A stretch of DNA of 64,000 nucleotides, taken from assembly GCA_964016885.1 (NCBI GenBank), contig OZ024743.1, positions 73,222,001 to 73,286,000 of the forward strand. Direction: 5' to 3'. Position 1 is the stretch's first letter; each line of letters opens with the position of its first letter. Of the stretch, positions 14,898 through 27,200 are shown in pieces. Both the position numbers and the translations under genes were made by a program. The stretch is from Eledone cirrhosa. Its lineage: Eukaryota. The notes under the pieces are model-generated. The model worked only from the letters and a program-made list of their open reading frames with translations. It had not been told where the DNA came from and did no database searches.

Positions 14898-14956
14898 GAT
14901 CTGTATGTATGTATGTGCGTATATATGTATGTATATATATATATGTATATATATAT

Positions 14957-15059
14957 ATAGGAAAACAGTCAAGACCCCGACGGCTGAGATCCGGCTGTTT
15001 CGACAGCTAGATCCATCCGTTATGGTCCACCTGGTATCTTACCACACTCACTTTGTTAT
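14957..15059. mobile_element. Family B mini-insert (inverted internal arm joined to tail) in (TA)n
   Basis: Left part matches 42941-42990 and 59595-59645. Right part matches tail 59750-59790. Confidence 0.75.
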
Positions 15060-15085
15060 ATATGTATATATATATATGTATGTAC

Positions 15086-15206
<121 letters not shown>

Positions 15207-15256
15207 TATACATTTATGTACATATCTATGTATGTAATGCATGATATGTATATATG

Positions 15257-15321
<65 letters not shown>

Positions 15322-15781
15322 GTGTGTATATATACATATATATATATATAGAACTATATATATATATATATGTGTGCATTTACGTATGTATGTAAGTGGG
15401 GGCGGTGCGGGTCTGTGTTTACACTTGCGTCTGTTTATGTTTATGACTCGTAACATAGCGGCTCGATAAACAGAGATCGATAAAATATGTACAACGGGTG
15501 AAAACTTAGTCGTGGATATGATTGATTACATCTTTCTGGTACCCCAGTCTGCTGTCTAATGACTGAATGCAATAAAAGAAACATAGATAATTCTCACGCA
15601 CACAGTCACACACACAGACACACACACACAGGCACAGGCGAGTCTACACCCACACAGACACACACAGTCACACACACACACACAGAGACAGGCGAATACA
15701 CACACAGACACAGACACAAGTGGATACACACACACACGCATACAGACACAGGCGGATACACATCCACACAGACACAAGTGG

Positions 15782-15820
<39 letters not shown>

Positions 15821-16788
15821 GACACAGGTGGATACACACACACATACAGAAACATACTCAGACACGCAGTCACTCACACACACACACACACACACACACA
15901 GAGAGACACACACGCACACACACACACACATAGACACACATATACATACAAAGAGACACACACACACACGTGCACACACACACAACCATACAAACACACA
16001 CGCAGACACACTCACACAGAAGCACACACAGACTCACACACACACGTGGACACACAGAACCACTCAGAGACTCACACACACAAATACATACACAGATACA
16101 CGCACACAGATACACTCAAACAGACATAAACACAAACATACAAACACACACACACCCATACACACACGCACAAACACACACACACACACACACACAGATC
16201 CACTTTTGCATCGTATCACACACGCAAACAAGTTCACACAAATATATTTTCGCAAACACACGTACACATTAAAGTAATACTTTCATTCTCTCTCTCTCTA
16301 CTTCCTCATCCACTTCTTTTCTCTCTCTCTCACACACACACACTCTCCTTTTCTCTCTCACTCGTTCTCCCCCCCCCCCTCTCTCTCTAGATAACATCGC
16401 GCAAATAATTATTCTATCGTTTACACGGTCACACACCAACACACATACGCACACAGACCATAAGTCAAAAACAACATACACATTAATATTCAAACAAAAA
16501 GAAAAGCTACTCAACACACACTAATGAAGACAATTAGTACATACACACATATATACCAACACACATAGACACATATATATCTCTTCTCACAGCCCCCCTC
16601 CCCCCCACACACACACATACACACACAGCACATCTTTTACACATACGTATTCCCTCCAAACAAAAAACACACATTCTCACGCACTGTTGTACATTAAAAC
16701 ATGTATACACAACGTATTATATGAAGTTCTTTGTCTATATTTCACTCTGCAGATTCAGTGGAGCAATGTCGCCGTTTTCCGGGCTATT

Positions 16789-16804
16789 TGCGCCCCCTAG
16801 TAGA
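16789..16804 (-). promoter_or_regulatory. CTCF-like motif upstream of a candidate first exon
   Basis: Reverse strand CTACTAGGGGGCGC differs at one base from the CTCF core CCACTAGGGGGCGC. It lies in a local GC-rich patch about 250 bp before ATG 17054. Confidence 0.5.
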
Positions 16805-17053
16805 GATCTAGTGAGGGTTGTGACCAGTTAGGGTGCGCCTGTCCAGTCAGCAAGTTACACCAAAAACAACAATAACATTTACTACTACAATTACTTTCGC
16901 TACCAAATCAGCAATAACAACAACAACTGTTACTACTATTTCTACTTACTACTTGTATTAGTAGTAGTAGTAGTAGTGGTAATTTTGGTATTACAACTGC
17001 TGCGGCGGCAGCAACAACAGCAACAACAGGAACAGTAAGCAAGCGAAACAAGC

Positions 17054-17156
17054 ATGTTTGGTGATGTTGTGTTTACCTTCATAACACTGAGCCACGTTCT
17101 GTCCACTGTTTGTGGAAACAAGATTGAACCTACCCGCCCAGTTGTCATCAATGTGG
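17054..17156 (+). CDS. Candidate first coding exon with signal-peptide-like N-terminus (MFGDVVFTFITLSHVLSTVCGNKIEPTRPVVINV)
   Basis: AGCATG start, in-frame TAA 6 codons upstream, hydrophobic stretch ending VCG, strong donor G|GTAAGT (phase 1). Confidence 0.55.
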
Positions 17157-17689
17157 GTAAGTAAACTGATATTTATAATACGTCATTTCGTACACATACT
17201 TGCATTTTTTTTATTATGGTTCAAACTTGCGTGTTTGTTTATTGAAAGTTAGGTTGCTTATGAGTCGATCCTTGTCAAATGAGAGGCTTTTATGTGGTCA
17301 CACACTTTGCTAGAAATAACAGCGGAATATCCGTTAAATAACACATTGTACTATCAGAATAGTTTAGCTATTGTAGTTATGTACATAATTATTTCTACTT
17401 TTGGCACAAGGCCAGCAATTACGCAGTAAATTACTGGTACTTTATTTTATCGACCCCGTAAGGATACAAGGCAAAGTTAACCTCGGCGGGATTCGAACTC
17501 AGAATGGCAAGGACCGTAACTCTATGCGTCAAAGCATAGCGTCCGACCCTCTACCGATACTGCCAATCCACCGCCGTTTGAAAGAAAAATAAATAATTTG
17601 AAATAATTAACTTGTGAATATCTTTAGATAATAGGTCTGTTTAATGAAGAATCGCTAAGGATGAAACAACAATAACAGCTACAATAATA

Positions 17690-17985
17690 TTAACAATGAC
17701 AACAACAATATCTACAGCAATAACAACAATAACAACAATATCTACAGCAATAACAACAACAATAATAGCAATAATAACTATAAAAATACCACGAACACTA
17801 ACAACAATATCTACAGCAATAACAACAATAACAACAATATCTACAGCAATAACAACAATAATAGCAATAATAACTATAAAAATACCACCAACACTAACAA
17901 CAACAATATCTACAGCAATAACAACAATAACAACAACAATAATAACAATAATAGCTACAAAAATAACACCTACAATAACAACACC
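17690..17985. repeat. AAC/AAT-rich degenerate tandem repeat with higher-order duplication
   Basis: Repeated aacaacaatatctacagcaat units. Confidence 0.85.
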
Positions 17986-18346
17986 AAATAGTGAAGAAAG
18001 TGAAAGTTAATAGGTTTTTGTCATATAAGGTAGGGGTTAAATTGAAAGGAGGGTTGGGCATCATTTCATCCCTAGAAATAACACCACAAAAATATTACTA
18101 CACATACCTAAGGTACACAGAGCTGTGCTTTGTAGGGCAGGGGTGACACGACATTATATTGGGTTCTGATTTGGGCACAGGGACAACATTTTTGTGGGGG
18201 TTGGGCGTAGACGAATAAATAGATCCCAGTGCGTTACTGGTATTTTATTTATTCGGCCCCGTAGCGATGAAAGTCAAAGCTGACCTCAGCAGGATTCGAA
18301 CTCAGAATGTAAGGGGACATAACCAAATCCGTTACTCAATAATAAC

Positions 18347-18428
<82 letters not shown>

Positions 18429-18579
18429 ACAGCAGCAGCACCAGCAGCAGCAACAACAACGTTGGGTGGTGGTGGAAGTAGCAGTAGTAGTAGTGGCGGT
18501 AGTGGTGGTGGCGGTGGGAGTAGTAGTGGTAGTAGTAGTAGTAGTAGTAATAGTAGTAGTAGTAGTAGTAGTAGTAGTC

Positions 18580-18612
<33 letters not shown>

Positions 18613-18897
18613 ATGATAAAAACACGAGCAATAAAGAATAAAATGTGTATTTAATTACTGCAGGAAAACCGCATAACGTGTAAATATATATGTGTGTGTG
18701 TGTGTGTGTGAGGAGAGAGTGTGTGTGTGTATGCATGTATATATGCATGTATAGATGTATGTATATATGTGAGTGTGTATATATATATTTATATTTGTAT
18801 TATATCTGTGTGTGTGTGTGTGTATGTACATGTATATATATATATATATATATATCTGTATGTGTGTATAATCTGTATTTCCGGTTGCAGCCATTTG

Positions 18898-18943
<46 letters not shown>

Positions 18944-19347
18944 GTAATATACGTGTGTGTATGTATGGGAGGATGTGGGTGGGCATGTGTGTGTATGTGT
19001 ATGTATGTGGATGTTTAAGTATATTTAATTACATACACACATATTTATGTCTATATTTAGTATGCGTATGTTTATGTGGTTTTGTGTGTGTGCTTATATA
19101 TGTATGTCCCTATGAGAGTATATGTGTGTGTGTATGTAAATGTTACGTAAGTAGTTAGAGGAAACACCAAACTGAAGAAAGACAGAAAGAAAGAAGAAGA
19201 AAAAGAGAGAAAGAAAGAAAGAAAGAAAGAAAAAAAGAAACAAACAAACAAACAAAGAAACCTCCACGAGAGAGGAACAGTGTGATCACCTCACGGAAAA
19301 TAGCTCATACCATCCTGAAAACAGCTATCTATCTCTCTATCTCTCTA

Positions 19348-19380
<33 letters not shown>

Positions 19381-19513
19381 CTCTCTATCTCTCTATCTAA
19401 CTCTCTATCTCTTTGTCCCACTCTTTGATGCCCTGGTGGCAAATAAACAGAAAGTTATCTATCTCTCTATCTCTCTATCTCTCTATCTCTCTATCTATCT
19501 ATCTATCTATCTC

Positions 19514-20185
19514 TGTAGGGACCCTTCGAAAAAGATCTGTCCGAGGTGCGTGCGAGACGAAGAAACCGTCGCGCACGCATTCATACACTGCCCGGGCGTT
19601 ACCGACCTGTGGGGCTATGTAGAACGACTATTGTCGCGGGTGGGACTAATCCGGTTGACCACCTAGTCCATTGTCATGATCAAACCGCCACCCTCCTTCA
19701 AAAACGAAGGAGAGGCGGTTTTCCTTTGTGTGATAGCTATGGCGAAAGAGGTTGTATGGTGGACAAAGTTGAAAGGGCTGAGGTCAGACACCTTTCTCTC
19801 CGGCCAACAACTGATTCTTTTTTTCAAATACCACTTTGGAAGAAGAATCAGGATGGAGAGAGAGGTGCTGTACCCCAGCAAGTTTTATGAAAGGTGGGTG
19901 AAAGTGGCGAGAATGGCCCGAGTGAATGGGTTTCTCTCTATATCAGCCTGTAGGTTGAGGAAAAAGAGGAAGAGAGGAAAGGGTTACAAACTATTCGTAC
20001 TCCTGCAGATGAGGGTTGCACATTTTTTTTTTGGGGGGGGGGGGGGGGAATGTGTTACCAATATGAATTGTCTCCCCCTATTGGGGAAAATCGATTAACT
20101 TTTAATTTACAATTGTGATAGTATTTTACACGTTTTTATTGTAATTGTCCCTTTCCTTTGTGCCGCTGTGGCTAATAAAGAAACA
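19514..20185 (+). mobile_element. 3' end of Tx1/L1-like LINE (zinc-knuckle region plus 3' UTR) in (TATC)n
   Basis: CPRC..DEETVAHAFIHCP...LW, then AKEVVWW in the same frame across one TAG (19664-19666). AATAAA then TATC repeats. A second related 3' end lies at about 19412-19456. Confidence 0.8.
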
Positions 20186-20284
20186 TATCTATCTCTGTAT
20201 CTATCTATCTATATCTATATATATATATATCGATCTATTTGTATATCTATCTGTATTATTTGTATATCTATCTATATTATATAT

Positions 20285-20346
<62 letters not shown>

Positions 20347-20392
20347 ATATATCGAGCCCTCTTTGGATTTTAGTCTTCAAATTTATTATTAT

Positions 20393-20514
<122 letters not shown>

Positions 20515-21167
20515 ACTCCTTCATACCTGTTAACCAATCACCACAGTACAAGCATGTTACCGTCACAGCAATACTAATAACATGAAAAAGGTGGTGGTGG
20601 TGGCGGTGGTATAGGTGTTGGTGGAAGTAATGGTGGTGTTGTTGTTGGTGGTGGTGGTGGTGGTGGTAGCGGTGTTAGAGGTGGTCGTGGTGGTAGAGTT
20701 GGTCGTGGTGGTAGTGTTGGTAGTGGTGGTGGTAGAGCTAGTGGTGGTGGTGTCGTTGATATTAATGTTGGGTGTGTCTACAAACATGTTTCCATGTTAT
20801 CTATATGTTCTGTTATATAACCAGCTGGGCTTCTATTTGTCAAAAGATCTCACTAGTAGACCCACAAGAAATATTTTTTATTGTAATATAATCGATGCAA
20901 GTGCACAATCATATGTACTTGTGCTTACTTTCGATTAATATCAAACAAATGAGAAGTATAGATAAGCCCTCGCCAGGAACCGAGCTTTGGTGTATTACTA
21001 ACAAACTAAATAGTGTTATCATTCTGGACGCAATATAATCGAATGGTTACGGAGTTGGCTTCTCAAACATTAGAACCCGCATTCGATCCCACTGCCAGGC
21101 ATCTTAGGCGAGACTCATTTGCTAAAGAAAAAAAATTGGACCTTCATCAAGGTCCTTTAATAATATA

Positions 21168-21265
<98 letters not shown>

Positions 21266-21291
21266 GTATATATATATATATATACATATAT

Positions 21292-21756
21292 AATATATTA
21301 ATATATGGAAACTATGTTTATAAAAGCATATTTATTTCATTATACATATTTCAAGGGCACCAAAGCAAATTATGGTGCGCTTTCATCACATAAAATATAA
21401 TATAGATCAGTTTTATAAACAAATATTGACATACCCTTAAAAAAATGCGACCATGTCTGTTGCAAGCTCCCGGATAGCTCACTATCCGGGAGCTTGCAAC
21501 AGACATGGTCGCATTTTTTTAAGGGTATGTCAATATTTGTTTATAAAACTGATCTATATTATATTTTATGTGATGAAAGCGCACCATAATTTGCTTTGGT
21601 GCCCTTGAAATATGTATAATGAAATAAATATGCTTTTATAAACATAGTTTCCATTTATTAATATATTGTATTTTTACTCCAAAAATTTGTTGAGTGCTTT
21701 ATATCAGTTATAAAAAATATTTGCTTGTTGTATCCCAACAAATTAAATATAACTTC

Positions 21757-21759
<3 letters not shown>
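21292..21759 (+). mobile_element. Palindromic hammerhead element plus ~90-nt tail in (TA)n
   Basis: Near-perfect arms 21292-21477 and 21482-21667, tail 21668-21759. Solo tails of the same family at about 33460-33555 and 10990-11030. Confidence 0.88.
21562..21626 (+). ncRNA. Type I hammerhead with C3G core change (mirror at 21333-21397, - strand)
   Basis: TATTTTAT-GTGATGA-AAGCGCACCA[loop]TGGTGCCCTT-GAAA-TATGTA-TA-ATGAAATA. Probably inactive. Confidence 0.8.
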
Positions 21760-21824
<65 letters not shown>

Positions 21825-22065
21825 ACACACACATACATATATATATATAGAGAGAGAGAAAGAGAGAGAGTTCCACAACAAATTATAGACCATATTCCAG
21901 GACACGTGTTTCAGCGGGGATGATGGAAAGTTACTGGTTTTGGATTAAAGAAAATACAGGAGGATCACTTATTTATGATTTTATTCAACATATGCCCAGA
22001 TTCACACACTGATTGCAGCTGTCCTACCTCCCCTGTAAAGGTAACAGCTCAATACTCTTAAGTCT

Positions 22066-22119
<54 letters not shown>

Positions 22120-22235
22120 AAGTGAGGTTTTTTTACAAAATGAAAATAAACGAGATGTCCTACACGACTGAAAGTATAAGGAAAAGAGATGAAATCAAAA
22201 ATGCAGCCGGAGTCTTTTTAAGAATATTTATTTGG

Positions 22236-22279
22236 TTCCTTTACCGGTTTCGCAGTTCTTGTGCTTTTCAAAAGTAGAA
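22236..22279 (-). ncRNA. Type I hammerhead with compensatory U3-A8 core (family H element about 22115-22500)
   Basis: Minus strand TTC(TA)CTT-TTGAAAA-GCA CAAGAAC TGC-GAAA-CCGG-TA-AAGGAA. Palindromic stem III ACCGGU, GUA cleavage. Confidence 0.75.
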
Positions 22280-22729
22280 TTGAGATGGAGGGTTTCTGGT
22301 TCGTCTCACATCTGGTTGGTATTCGAATGTTACTTCTGTTTTATATGGTGGCTAGGTTTTTAGAAAAGTAATTTGGTTGGTTGATGACTGTCATGTGAAT
22401 AAGTATAATAAATTTCGCGCCAGTTCGCGTTACAAAATTCTTATTATATTTGCCTTAAAAAAAAGGGTGGGTGGGGGGCTGAGATAGTTTTTTCATATAA
22501 GAATTCACTCATATCCAGTCCGAAAAACGTTACACACTATATATATACGCACACTATATGTACATATAAACACACACACACACACATTCAAATATAGCGT
22601 CATAATGTCGTAATGCAGACAGCCAGAAATACAGACAAATACTATGAGGGCGCAACGTTATATCTATGTATATATCTAAAAAGAAAGACTAAGAATTATA
22701 GAGAGAGATCGTTAAATCGCCTAATTCGG

Positions 22730-22887
22730 TCCCTAGGGTATTGAGAATTTGAAATATTCTTTGCTCACAACACTCACAGGACCATAAGTATTACATGTGT
22801 AAAGTTTCAAAACAATCGGTTGGGTGGTTCTCGAGTTTTAGGGAGACAGACAGACAGACAGGCTTTCCTGTTTTAGATATATAGATA
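22730..22887 (-). mobile_element. Helitron/Helentron-like non-autonomous 5' end
   Basis: Minus strand ATCTATATATCTAAAA..(CTGT)n..AAAACTCGAGAACCACCCAACCGATTGTTTTGAAACTTTACACA resembles DINE/HINE-type termini. Confidence 0.55.
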
Positions 22888-23154
22888 TTTCAAGGGTACC
22901 AAAATGTTGGTACGCACCCATCAGAGAAAATACAAAAGCTGGTTTACAGATAGTGACATATTCAAACTAGAACTTATATATATATATATACGGGATAACA
23001 GGTTATCGTTATGGCAGTCCACTTAGATGTAGTCCAGTTGGAGTAGTTTTTGTAGTCGATAGTATTAACGTGTGGCTTAGTTTGACTCAACAAGACGTTT
23101 CCATAGTGATGCTGCGAGTTCGCGGTGATTTTTAAGTAGTTAATACTTGGAGTA

Positions 23155-23432
23155 ATAATAATTCAAGAAAGAAGATTGACATGGTTCGCTATACAATAGG
23201 GTTTTATTCACATTGCTGCCAATTGTGTCTTTGATCTGGCAGGTCTAGAGTTCGCTATACGCCTGATTTTGCGCCAATCGATCTCCAATACTTTGTTTAT
23301 AACCAGTCTGTTTCATCTGAGCGGCGCAAAATCAGGCGTATAGCGAACCTGCCAGATCAAAGAAACAATTGTCAGCAATGTGAATAAAGCCCTTATTGTA
23401 TAGCGAACCCATGTCAATCTTCTTTCTTGAAT

Positions 23433-23435
<3 letters not shown>
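23155..23435. mobile_element. Inverted-repeat element (family F) abutting (TA)n
   Basis: About 115-bp arms 23155-23275 and 23313-23435 around a ~37-bp spacer. Confidence 0.7.
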
Positions 23436-23481
<46 letters not shown>

Positions 23482-23485
<4 letters not shown>

Positions 23486-23950
23486 AAAATTTCGCTATAC
23501 ATGGCTGAATACAATAAAGGTAATCTGAGTTTTTCGAATATTAATAATAACATTCGATTCGTTTGCAATTATGCAAACAAGCTTCAATTTTATAGCCATG
23601 TCAGTAAAATGAACACTTCATTCTTGCTCTTGTGTTGGCATGCGAACAGAACTGCAGACACTAATGTTTCTGGGTATCACCCTTGATCAGTACAACTCAC
23701 TGTTCACCTGCCAAACTGTCAAAGCTAGTGAAAATATATGCTATTTTCAAAAATACAGAGTGACTGGTTGGCCTGATTTGCATATTAGCAGACTGGCTGA
23801 TCAGTCAGATCTGCATATTAGCAGATCCACTGATCAGCCAGATTTGCATATCAATCTATTGACATGGATATAAAATTGAGGCTTGTTTGCATAACTGAAA
23901 ACGAATCGAATGTTATTATTAATATTCGAAAAACTCAGATTACATTTATA
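23482..23950 (-). mobile_element. Inverted-arm element with three octamer repeats and a hammerhead, in (TA)n
   Basis: Arms about 23516-23605 and 23857-23950. 33-bp period octamer-like motifs at 23776, 23809 and 23842. Confidence 0.8.
23644..23705 (-). ncRNA. Type I hammerhead with G8C core change
   Basis: Minus strand GAACAG..GAGTTGTA-CTGATCA-AGGG TGATA CCCA-GAAA-CATTAGTG-TC-TGCAGTTCTGTTC. GUC cleavage, near-palindromic stem III. Confidence 0.75.
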
Positions 23951-24151
23951 TATATATCGAGTGGCATATATATTTGTGAACATTTGAATATTATTTATGA
24001 AACATTCAAGAGAGACGCATTCAAGAACTCGTGAGATTCAATTTAATATCAATTGAAGTGAAAACAGATGTTTCTTATTCTAATTAGTAGTCTCACTCTC
24101 ATTATGTGTGTGGTCGCTCGCGCCTGTCATAGTTTGTGTGGGTAGTAGTAA

Positions 24152-24184
<33 letters not shown>

Positions 24185-24704
24185 TAGTAGTAGAATTAGT
24201 TGTTGTTGTTGGAATTTTTATACCGAAAATTGTCCACTACGAAAACAAGATAACATAAAATTTATTAGTATAGCTGAAAAAGTTTGATGTCTTTTACGTA
24301 GCTCCTTCATCGCAAAACGATGGTAGAAAAAGGGATTAAAACGGAAAATAGCGAAAGAAATTGGTGAAAAACAATTGTTTGAAACGACGCGTTTTCTAAA
24401 ATCAGCTCTTTGTTAATATTAACCGGAAGTAAAAATTTAGTGGGGGAAATTATTTCTAGTGTAACAGAATCGAATGAGAAGACGGGGCGATAAGTTAGTT
24501 TGGAGTATACAAGTGTTTGTGTATCAATGTTTATACATGGGCAATGTATAAACTTGTAAGTGTGGTTATATTGTTTGTTTGTGTGTCATGTAAAATTGTG
24601 TATGTGAATGTTACATCTGATTTTTCAGTTGCTTACTCTGCGTGTTTGTGATTGTAGATATATTAACGTCGAAAGGTTAATAAAGTTACATAATATTCAT
24701 TAAG

Positions 24705-25220
24705 TGAAGGCGCATGGCTTAATGGTTAGAGCATTGGGCTTGTAATCGTAAGGTTGTGAGTTCAATTCTCGGACCGGGTGATGTGTTGTTTCCTTGAGCA
24801 AGACACTTGCACGTTGCTCCAGTTTACTCGGCTGTATAAATGAGATGATAGGACAGGGGTCCCTATCATTAAATCACCCAAAACACCTCCAAGGAGATAT
24901 ACCTTGGAGGAGGCCAGCTAAACCTGCATAGGTGTGAGCTGTTACACACACACATATAGGTGTGAGCTGTCACACACACATTAAGTGATGAGTTTAATCC
25001 TACTGCGATAGATCTATGCCGTGTGAGTGAAATGGTGTAGACGTAAACTGCTTAACGTACGTGGAATTGACTGTACCTGAATTATAAAGGCTAATCATGT
25101 GTCGCGGAGTCTCCCTGAATATTATATTAAGGGTACGCGTGTCTGTGATATGGCCAGCAACTTCTACGTTAATTTTATGAGCAGGCTGGATCTCTCGTCG
25201 TCGAACTGACCGAGGTCCAT
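24705..25220 (+). mobile_element. Second tRNA-derived SINE family (CORE-like body), with internal insertion
   Basis: tRNA head ggcgcatggcttaatggttagagc..gagttcaattctc, body ccttgagcaagacac..cacgttgctccagt. Minus-strand relatives at about 37680-37990, 41215-41370, 48460-48620, and 55010-55150 plus 55680-55880. Confidence 0.7.
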
Positions 25221-26848
25221 TACTTTTAGAGTATAGTAGAATATATATCGGAAGGTTTTCATTATAATATGTATGTGTTTGTGTGTTTGTGTGTGCTTAT
25301 TAAAACTGTTATTTCTACTTCAGTTTATGTTAATAAAAATATAATTTATCGTTCCCGATGTTACATGCACATGTGTTAATACTGAAAACAAGATTACTTT
25401 AATATTTACGTTGACATTCACATTCTCACTTCATTCCAACACACTTCAATACTAAGTGAGCCTACGTGAAGATTTATAGGAGCTTACGGCAGACTTTTGG
25501 GAGCCTAAGGGATGACTTCTGGGAGATTACGGGAAGATTCTGGTGGTCCTTCTTCACAACATTTTAAAAACGAACTTTTGTTGTACACTCAGGTACTAAT
25601 GATTTCTGGATGACAGATGTTTGCTAGTCAGATGTCTCTGTATGAAAGCCTGTCACAAACATCGTTTAAGTGTTTAACGGTAGTTGTAATTCGTGGTTCT
25701 GTTTAACCTCACCAGTTAAACCTTTTCTATAATTAAGTGGAGTTTACTCTAATAGGGACATTGAAGCAAGCACTCCAGACTAAGGATAGATTCCTACCTG
25801 TTTACCAGTAAACGAGTTCCTCAAATCGTTTATTGTCACATTCCTACTATTTTCATCTCTACTTTATTGTTCTTTGTTTCTACATTTCTGCCTGCATTTG
25901 CGACCGACAGATAGTATTAGCAATTGGAAAGACCGATGGAAACATTGTTTCCTCAGTCCGATTTGACGAGCTCCACCCCACTCGAATGAGGTCTGGTATC
26001 TTGTCAATCGTATATATTGTTTCTACATTACTTGCTATGTTTGTTTTTGTTCTTCATCTCTTCAAATACATTCTGGTCATACCATCCCCGTTTTCTTTTA
26101 TTTTCTGACATGTGTAAGTAAAAATTATACAATATGTTCTCCCATATTTTAAATGATAGTGCGTGATGCACTAGCCGGTCAATGCTATTGTATTGCTTTA
26201 TGTAATTGTTGTTGTTATCGCTATTATTTCGTTATTGAATAAATTCTGTTGATGTTATTGTTGATATTGGTATATTTACTGTCATTGCTGTGGTTATTAT
26301 GGTTGCTGTTTAGTTTTTCGTTCATGTTTGTATTAGAGTGGGTTATGATGTTGTTGTTTTTGCTGTTCTTGCTATTGTTGGGATCAATTCATTGTAATTT
26401 TATTATCACACCTTTGCAGCTGTTGCTGTTGATATTGTTGTTACTGTTGTCGCTCTTCCTTTTCAGCTCCTTATACTTCGTCATCATCATGAACATCATC
26501 CTGTTCATCTCTTTCTCTTCCTCATGTTCTTCTTGATGTTGTTGTTGCTGCTGCTGTTAAAGTGACGAACACAATAGTCAAGTTAAGAATACCTTACATT
26601 TCAATAGTGATATATAAAAGTAAAATGGTTGACATTTTTATGGAGCCGCCATTACGTGAACTACATTCAGCCATTTATCTTCAGTTACTGTCAGTACTCA
26701 GTCTATCTGTCTTCCTACCTTTACACTGTCTATCTCAGCTCATACCTACCTCTCTGACAATATATTCCTGACTTCCTTCACTCTGACTATCTGCCTGTCT
26801 CTGTGTCTCTTTCTGAATGTACATCTTTTGACTGGATTGAGACGCCAC

Positions 26849-27200
26849 GGAGCCTACGGGAAGACATCTGGGAGCCTACGGGAAGACTTTTGGGAGCTTA
26901 TGGAAAGACTTCTGGGAGCCTACGGGAAGACTTCTGGAAGCCTACGGGAAGACTTCTGGGAGCTTGGGGGAAGACTTCTAGGAGCCTACAGGGGACATCT
27001 GGGAACTTATGGGAAGACCTCTGGAAGCCTACGGGGAACACTTCTAGGGGCCAACGAGAAGACCTCTAAGGGCCTACGGGAAGACTTCTCGTGGCCTACG
27101 CGAAGACTACTGTGAGCCTACGTGAAGCTTTATAGGAGCTTACGGGAATACTTCAGGGGGCCTACGGGAAGACCTCTGGGAGCCTGCAGGAAGACTCTTG
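26849..27200. repeat. 22-bp GC-rich minisatellite (GGAGCCTACGGGAAGACTTCTG)n, about 16 units
   Basis: Direct tandem units with no spacers. About 4 degenerate units also at 25457-25542. Confidence 0.92.

Noticed and set aside
21895-23376. GAAA-palindrome-TC half motifs (GAAACACGTGTC on - at about 21901-21912; GAAACAATTGTC on + at about 23362-23373)
   Set aside because: No matching CUGANGA half in place. They may be truncated hammerheads but are not callable.
24705-24780. tRNA gene
   Set aside because: The acceptor stem does not close and the sequence continues into a repeated SINE body.
26849-27200. CRISPR-like array
   Set aside because: Contiguous 22-bp units without unique spacers, eukaryotic context, no cas genes.
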